A stretch of DNA of 40,974 nucleotides from a virus (lineage: Duplodnaviria; Caudoviricetes). The stretch spans positions 1-40,974 of the IMG/VR virus record IMGVR_UViG_3300032253_000228, one strand, 5' to 3'. This document shows positions 35,856-40,974 of this stretch, one piece after another. The notes under the pieces were generated by a model. The model was not told the origin of the DNA and did no database searches. It was given only the letters and a program-made list of their open reading frames with translations. Each line of letters starts with the position of its first letter. Positions within the stretch are counted from its first letter, which is position 1. Both the position numbers and the translations under genes were made by a program.

Positions 35856-36620
35856 ATGGAAAATACAGTCGTCGCAATTGGTCACAACAACCCGCCCTCA
35901 ATGGCGGAACAGGTGGCCGCAAACCTTCCAGAGCATCACGCTGACGAGGTGAAGCAAGCAACCGATATCCTTGCTGGTGTAGATCGCATGCCGGCAGCTA
36001 TTGAAGACGAAGAAACAGCGCAGAAGGCGACCGCCTTTATCAAACAGATCGGCGAGGTCGCAAAAAATGCTGAGGCCACCCGCAAAGCCACGAAAGAGCC
36101 CTATCACACCGCAGGAAAAGCGGTCGATACGTTTTTCAACAAGACGTTCAAAGATCCGCTGGCGCGCGCGAAATTAAAAGTTCAATGCAAATTGCATCCC
36201 TACATCGAGGCAAAGGCAAAAGCAGAGCGCATCGCTCAGGAAGAAGCCCGCGCCAAGGCTGAGGAAGAGGCCAAGAAAGCCCGCGCCAAGGCTGAGGAAG
36301 AGGCCAAGCAGAACGCAACCAGCTTCGCCGCCGAGGAAGCAAGCCTTGTCGCCGCCGAACTGGATGAAGCCGCCGAGAAGGCGGCGAAGACGGCCGAAAA
36401 CCATAAAACAGCGGTCCGCTCCGACATGGGCGCCACAACCAGCACCCGGACAACATGGGTCGGCGAGATTACCGATCTTCGGGCGATCGATCTTGACGCC
36501 CTGCGCGATCACTTCACCGTTGGCGATATCGAAAAGGCCTTGCGCGGTTTTATTCGGGCGGGCGGGCGCACCATCAAAGGCGCTGACATTCGGGAGAAAT
36601 CGACTGTCGTCGTTCGTTAA
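35856..36620 (+). CDS. Coiled-coil phage protein of the recombination module
   Basis: IGHNNPP N-terminus, Ala/Glu/Lys-rich helix, IKGADI C-terminus. Confidence 0.75.
   Translation: MENTVVAIGHNNPPSMAEQVAANLPEHHADEVKQATDILAGVDRMPAAIEDEETAQKATAFIKQIGEVAKNAEATRKATKEPYHTAGKAVDTFFNKTFKDPLARAKLKVQCKLHPYIEAKAKAERIAQEEARAKAEEEAKKARAKAEEEAKQNATSFAAEEASLVAAELDEAAEKAAKTAENHKTAVRSDMGATTSTRTTWVGEITDLRAIDLDALRDHFTVGDIEKALRGFIRAGGRTIKGADIREKSTVVVR
36244..36308 (+). repeat. 33-bp-period perfect tandem duplication (ARAKAEEEAK x2)
   Basis: AAGCCCGCGCCAAGGCTGAGGAAGAGGCCAAG at 36244 and 36277. Confidence 0.95.
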
Positions 36621-36647
36621 TTCATAGATCAACTTTCAGGAGACAAG

Positions 36648-37676
36648 ATGTCAAATCAAGCACTCGCCATCAAGCAAGAAGCGAACACGGTTCGCGCGAC
36701 ACTTGAGAAAATGCAGCCTCAGCTTCAAGCGGCGCTACCCCGACACATTACCCCCGAGCGCCTAGTTCGCGTGGCAATGTCAGCCATTCAGAACACGCCG
36801 AAGCTTTTGCAGTGCAATCGTCAAAGCCTGTTCTCGGCGATCATGACATGCGCTCAACTCGGACTGGAGCCAGACGGCGTTTTGGGGCAAGCCTACCTGA
36901 TACCCTTCAAGGACAAAGTTCAATTCATTCCAGGTTATCGCGGGCTAATCACTCTCGCCCGCAATTCAGGCGAAGTCTCCAGCATACAGGCGCAAGCCGT
37001 GTATCAAAATGACGACTTCAAATATCAATTTGGCCTGAACGAACGGCTTGATCATGTGCCGGCTGAAGGAGATCGCGGGGAAATTACCCATTTCTACGCA
37101 ATGGCAAAATTTAAAGACGGTGGGCATCACTGGGATGTTCTCACTGTTGAAATGATCGAGAGCATTCGAAACAAGTCGGACGGCTACAAAGCTGCCGTTC
37201 GCTTTGCCAAAACAGACAAGGCGGGGAACAAAATCATTCGCAGCCCTTGGACAGATCATTTTGAAGAAATGGGCCGGAAGACCGCAATCAGACGGATCGC
37301 CAAATACTTGCCGATGGATGTGCAAAAGGCGGCCTTTATTGCCGATAGTTACGACACAGGACGACATTCGGCCATCGTCAACGGCGATCTCGTTATCGAT
37401 GCACCAACCGAAGAGCAAGACGTCATCGAGGACAACCGCGAGGACACAACGAGCCAACTTGACCAGTTTGCAACCGAAGACGGGGCAGAAGCGGAAACAC
37501 AGAAGGAAGAGAAGGCCGAGACGCTCGAAGAGCATGCTTACAAACTTGGCTTCGATGCCTTTCAAAATGGCGGGGATAGTACGCCCCCCACCAAATACAA
37601 CAAGGCATGCGCCAACGCCTATACCGCAGGGTTTAACGACGGAGAGAAAGACTTCTTTGCAAAGGAAGAGGCCTAA
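36648..37676 (+). CDS. recT: RecT family single-strand annealing protein
   Basis: ALPRHITPER, AQLGLEP..LGQAYLIPF, GYRGLI, EMGRKTAIRR..KYLP. Confidence 0.96.
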   Translation: MSNQALAIKQEANTVRATLEKMQPQLQAALPRHITPERLVRVAMSAIQNTPKLLQCNRQSLFSAIMTCAQLGLEPDGVLGQAYLIPFKDKVQFIPGYRGLITLARNSGEVSSIQAQAVYQNDDFKYQFGLNERLDHVPAEGDRGEITHFYAMAKFKDGGHHWDVLTVEMIESIRNKSDGYKAAVRFAKTDKAGNKIIRSPWTDHFEEMGRKTAIRRIAKYLPMDVQKAAFIADSYDTGRHSAIVNGDLVIDAPTEEQDVIEDNREDTTSQLDQFATEDGAEAETQKEEKAETLEEHAYKLGFDAFQNGGDSTPPTKYNKACANAYTAGFNDGEKDFFAKEEA

Positions 37677-37678
37677 AA

Positions 37679-38155
37679 ATGATACCGCACTCTCTTTCGA
37701 AAGTTCAGCTTAAACGGTTCAAGCTTTGGCTGGAATGTAGCGGCGCCGAGTTGCTTCACGAAAAATCGCGAAGAAACCTTCTGACTGCCAGAATTAAAGG
37801 GAGTGCGTTTTCATTGAAGATTATCAGGGGAACGCTGATCTGGCCGAGGGCACTAGCGACTGCTTATCACTGTTTTTCAGAAGGCCACCCATGGTCTGGA
37901 AGTGAGCGGAACAACGCAAACTACAACGCTCAGGCTTTGATTAGAGCAATAGTTGAGCGGGATGGTGCAAATTGCTTTTTTTGCCAAAAGCCCGTACCGC
38001 GATCTGACCGAACCGTCGAGCATCTTGTTCCCCGGGCTCACGGTGGGCCCAACCATTTGAGCAACCTGTTTCTAGCACACAAGGACTGCAACAACGCCGC
38101 CGGATCACTTCCGGCCACTCAAAAAATTGAAATAAGGGAAAAGAATCATGCGTAA
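37679..38155 (+). CDS. HNH endonuclease
   Basis: RDG..CFFC, TVEHLVPRAHGG, NL..AHKDCN. Confidence 0.9.
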   Translation: MIPHSLSKVQLKRFKLWLECSGAELLHEKSRRNLLTARIKGSAFSLKIIRGTLIWPRALATAYHCFSEGHPWSGSERNNANYNAQALIRAIVERDGANCFFCQKPVPRSDRTVEHLVPRAHGGPNHLSNLFLAHKDCNNAAGSLPATQKIEIREKNHA

Positions 38156-38792
38156 AAAAGCGGAGAGAAATTATCTGAACGTTACCGGTTTGGCGATTGG
38201 CATTCAGAAGATATCAAAAGATGCCACAGCAATTGGCCTTACTTTCACCCCTGGTCTGCTTAAAAAGCTAAAATGGGTCGCCGATCAAACTCGGCTGACT
38301 GTGAAATATCAGAATAAAAAGATGATCATTCAGGTAGCGACCGACGAGGATCATTTTTCAACCATTCGCTCGAAGCTACTGAGCACTGCGCCAAGCGGAA
38401 AAGGACGGGTTCGGTTTTCAAAGTTCCCCGACTGGATCGCGAGCGGAAACACGTTTTCACGTCATGCAAATTTTCGAATTACCCAATATGGAGAATTGGA
38501 AATTATTGTACCTGACGAACTGACCACGGAAGACCCGAAGCTGTTCAAGGACATCAATATATCTGGCGGGCCAGAGCGACGAATGGATATGTCTCACGCC
38601 GTTCTTTCCTCGCCCATTGATCCGGCGGCGCAGGGACATCTAAAAGATGACGCAAGCGAAGGCTGGGGCGGTCAGGTCAGGCTTTTGACCGAGGGCAAAA
38701 AATCACCAGTTACCTTCACAGAGATGCAGTTTGAGGCCGCTCTGGATATCGCCGTGAAGATCGCCCTGAAGCACATCAGAAAGGCTGCATGA
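38148..38792 (+). CDS. Hypothetical protein
   Basis: Overlap-coupled in operon. Confidence 0.7.
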   Translation: MRKKAERNYLNVTGLAIGIQKISKDATAIGLTFTPGLLKKLKWVADQTRLTVKYQNKKMIIQVATDEDHFSTIRSKLLSTAPSGKGRVRFSKFPDWIASGNTFSRHANFRITQYGELEIIVPDELTTEDPKLFKDINISGGPERRMDMSHAVLSSPIDPAAQGHLKDDASEGWGGQVRLLTEGKKSPVTFTEMQFEAALDIAVKIALKHIRKAA

Positions 38793-39268
38793 TGGCTCGA
38801 TATGCCGAAAGCACATCAGTCTCTTCAGATAGGTCTCGCGCAGAAATAGAGAAAACCCTGTCTCGATACGGCGCTACCGGCTTTATGTACGGTTGGGAAG
38901 AAGACAGAGCAATGATCATCTTCAAAACCGAAGATAGGCAGGTAAAATTCATTTTGCCTTTACCTAACAAAAAATCTCCAGAGTTTTCGTTAACTCCGGA
39001 AAAGCGGCGAAGACGATCTCAAGAGCAAATAGAAAAAGCTTATGAACAAGCTGTCAGACAGCGTTGGCGGGCATTATCGCTTGTCATAAAGGCGAAACTT
39101 GAGGCTGTAGAGACAGGCATCACAAGCTTTGATAGCGAATTCATGGCGCATCTGGTCCTGCCTAATGGAGCAACCATTGGGGAGTTCATGCAGCCACAAA
39201 TCATCAACGCTTATGAAACCGGACGCATGCCGAAAATGCTTCCATCACCAAAGGAGCTAGAAAAATGA
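38789..39268 (+). CDS. Conserved phage hypothetical protein
   Basis: YAESTSVS..RSRAEIE..L.RYGA, WRAL.LVIKAKLEAV. Confidence 0.8.
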   Translation: MMARYAESTSVSSDRSRAEIEKTLSRYGATGFMYGWEEDRAMIIFKTEDRQVKFILPLPNKKSPEFSLTPEKRRRRSQEQIEKAYEQAVRQRWRALSLVIKAKLEAVETGITSFDSEFMAHLVLPNGATIGEFMQPQIINAYETGRMPKMLPSPKELEK

Positions 39269-39358
39269 ACCTCTTTTTCTTGGCCCGCCGACATTGTGTC
39301 TTTGCTCAATCAGAAGCTAATATGAGGATCGGCATTTCACAACTCAAGGCGATCATAA

Positions 39359-39559
39359 ATGACCTACGATCAAGAGCGTCTCGTTTATGCGGCTCTGATG
39401 TTCCTCGAATGCAGCCGAGGGGCCTATCACATTGCCAAAGAGCAAGTAGACCAACACAAAACGACCGAAGGCCGGGTTACAGCAATGTTGTTTACAGAGA
39501 CTTTCGACGAGCTCACGGCAGCCCTCGAAGCATTTGATGAATCCGAAACAGAACCATAG
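39359..39559 (+). CDS. Small acidic hypothetical protein
   Basis: Plausible ORF; competes with overlapping 39265-39537. Confidence 0.45.
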   Translation: MTYDQERLVYAALMFLECSRGAYHIAKEQVDQHKTTEGRVTAMLFTETFDELTAALEAFDESETEP

Positions 39560-39586
39560 TAACTGAAGGCAAAAAAGGGATGAGTA

Positions 39587-40003
39587 ATGGCCGATGAAAT
39601 GCGCATTAATCAAGTTTGTCGACGCTTGGGATTAAGCAAAGCCACCCTCAGCAACTGGTTGAGGGAAGACGCAAAAAAATCGCCACTGTCCCGCATTCTT
39701 CAGTTCCACGACTACATAGGAAGGTCACGGGTATGGAACGAAACTCAATTCCAAGAACTAAAAGACGCCATAAAGAAGAAATCTTCGAAGGGCCACTCAA
39801 AATCTTTGAACGTGGAAATAGAATCTATATTCGGGGGACAATCACCGTTCGAGGACAATCGGTCAGCATCCGTCAAAGCTCTGGCCTCAATAGCGAAGTT
39901 GAAGAAAACTGGGAACTCGCGAGAGAAATCGCAAGAAAAGCTGTCAACGAGGCTCAGGACAGCATCATCCACGGTATTACACCTTCCCCGAAATTCGGCG
40001 TAA
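39587..40003 (+). CDS. Excisionase-like HTH protein
   Basis: MRINQVCRRLGLSKATLSNW..IGRSRVW MerR/AlpA-like fold; precedes integrase. Confidence 0.7.
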   Translation: MADEMRINQVCRRLGLSKATLSNWLREDAKKSPLSRILQFHDYIGRSRVWNETQFQELKDAIKKKSSKGHSKSLNVEIESIFGGQSPFEDNRSASVKALASIAKLKKTGNSREKSQEKLSTRLRTASSTVLHLPRNSA

Positions 40004-40974
40004 TTGTTGCGAAATACCTGAACAGTTGGGATGAAGACAAGGTCACAGATAGCGATAACATAATGGAGCTTCTGTTAGGATACCCTTTACCCGACAAACT
40101 GAAACGAGGACAAAAGCAAAAAGCTCGTCCTTTGGCCGACGTAGAACTTGCCGCTCTGACAAAAACCAAAATAGAGGAATGGTATTTAAGCCGGTTTCCA
40201 AATCACGCGCCGGCAACAATCAGGCGCCATCAAAACACACTTTCAGCTATTCTGAAATTTGCGTCAGAAAAGCTGAATTACCAGGTGCCAAATTTTGTGA
40301 AGACCAAAGTTAAAGAGCGGGCCGGTCGACATATGCGGAAAAAACTTGAAGCGGAGGAAATTCGAAAACTTATTGAATTCGCGGCACCCCACCTAAAGCC
40401 CTTGCTGGCGACGCTATTCGTCACAGGTGCTCGTGTTGGTATGACACTCTATCTTGAAAGAACCGATTTTCTTATCGTCCGGAACGGGAGAGATATGATC
40501 TTCTTTCCCGACAGTAAAAACGATAACGCTTATGAGCGAGTTCTACATGATTATGCAGCGAGCATTTTAGAGGATTGGCTCAAAAGCCGAGAAGACAGTT
40601 ATTCTGCAATGTTCCTCACACAATCGGGCAAGCCATACATCTATAGGAAAGGCGGCGGCGGTCAGATCAAAACGGCCTTTCATTCAGCCCGAAAAAAGCT
40701 CGTGGAGTATTTGGAAGAGCAAGGAAAACTAGACCGCGCAAAAATCGTATCAAAAATCACTCCACATTGGGCAAGACACAACTTTGCTAACACGCTGAGA
40801 GCGGAAGGAGCGGACCTACTAGAGATTGCTGAGGCGGGTATGTGGGAAAGTCCGGATGTAGTGAGAAAACACTACATGAGCGACACACCGGAAAGGGTCG
40901 CAAAGCGGGTTAGAGACCTTGATTTTGGCCCAAAATCCGCCCAGTCCGATAAAACGAAACTGAAAAATAAATGA
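39733..40974 (+). CDS. int: Tyrosine recombinase / integrase
   Basis: TGAR, SKN, TPHWARH, MW, HY catalytic residues; ATG at 39733 after AGGAAGG. Confidence 0.95.
   Translation: MERNSIPRTKRRHKEEIFEGPLKIFERGNRIYIRGTITVRGQSVSIRQSSGLNSEVEENWELAREIARKAVNEAQDSIIHGITPSPKFGVIVAKYLNSWDEDKVTDSDNIMELLLGYPLPDKLKRGQKQKARPLADVELAALTKTKIEEWYLSRFPNHAPATIRRHQNTLSAILKFASEKLNYQVPNFVKTKVKERAGRHMRKKLEAEEIRKLIEFAAPHLKPLLATLFVTGARVGMTLYLERTDFLIVRNGRDMIFFPDSKNDNAYERVLHDYAASILEDWLKSREDSYSAMFLTQSGKPYIYRKGGGGQIKTAFHSARKKLVEYLEEQGKLDRAKIVSKITPHWARHNFANTLRAEGADLLEIAEAGMWESPDVVRKHYMSDTPERVAKRVRDLDFGPKSAQSDKTKLKNK

Larger units (their letters stand above)
1..40974. mobile_element. Temperate siphovirus prophage (lambdoid organisation, HK97-fold head, non-contractile tail), alphaproteobacterial host
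   Basis: Ordered integrase, recombination, immunity, replication, packaging, head, tail and lysis modules fill the whole window; no sheath gene; GapR and DUF6456 point to Alphaproteobacteria. Confidence 0.96.

Noticed and set aside
36966-37565. 199-aa - strand ORF opposite recT
   Set aside because: Codon-register shadow; no expression signals or operon context
1-40974. attL/attR, tRNA or rRNA genes
   Set aside because: The window starts and ends on stop codons of terminal genes; no terminal direct repeat or RNA gene recognised by eye

Overview
The window looks like an essentially complete ~41 kb temperate siphovirus prophage of an alphaproteobacterium (GapR/DUF2312, DUF6456, GTA-like head and tail genes). 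No att sites are visible inside the window. The + strand early arm (34.1-41.0 kb) carries a CI-like repressor, YqaJ exonuclease, RecT, HNH, an excisionase-like protein and a tyrosine integrase. The - strand carries Cro, CII-like, GapR, VRR-NUC, an MT-A70 methylase, a replication initiator, a transglutaminase-like cysteine protease and DUF6456. It continues with TerS/TerL, portal, MuF, protease, HK97 capsid, a fibre module, neck, tail, tail tip and a lysis region. Notable points: (1) a MuF head protein fused to an HExxH metallopeptidase toxin domain; (2) a + strand island of small genes beside terS with a consensus promoter, a repeated 19-bp hairpin before two RBSs, a terminal HTH gene (acr-aca-like layout) and copies of the putative operator; (3) a counter-oriented moron whose antisense strand is a stop-free ORF translationally coupled at both ends; (4) an atypical lysis cassette (endolysin, lipoprotein, alpha/beta hydrolase) with a displaced holin candidate; (5) an apparently non-cleavable repressor; (6) a -1 frameshift in the tail chaperone. 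All protein family calls come from motif recognition by eye, not database searches.
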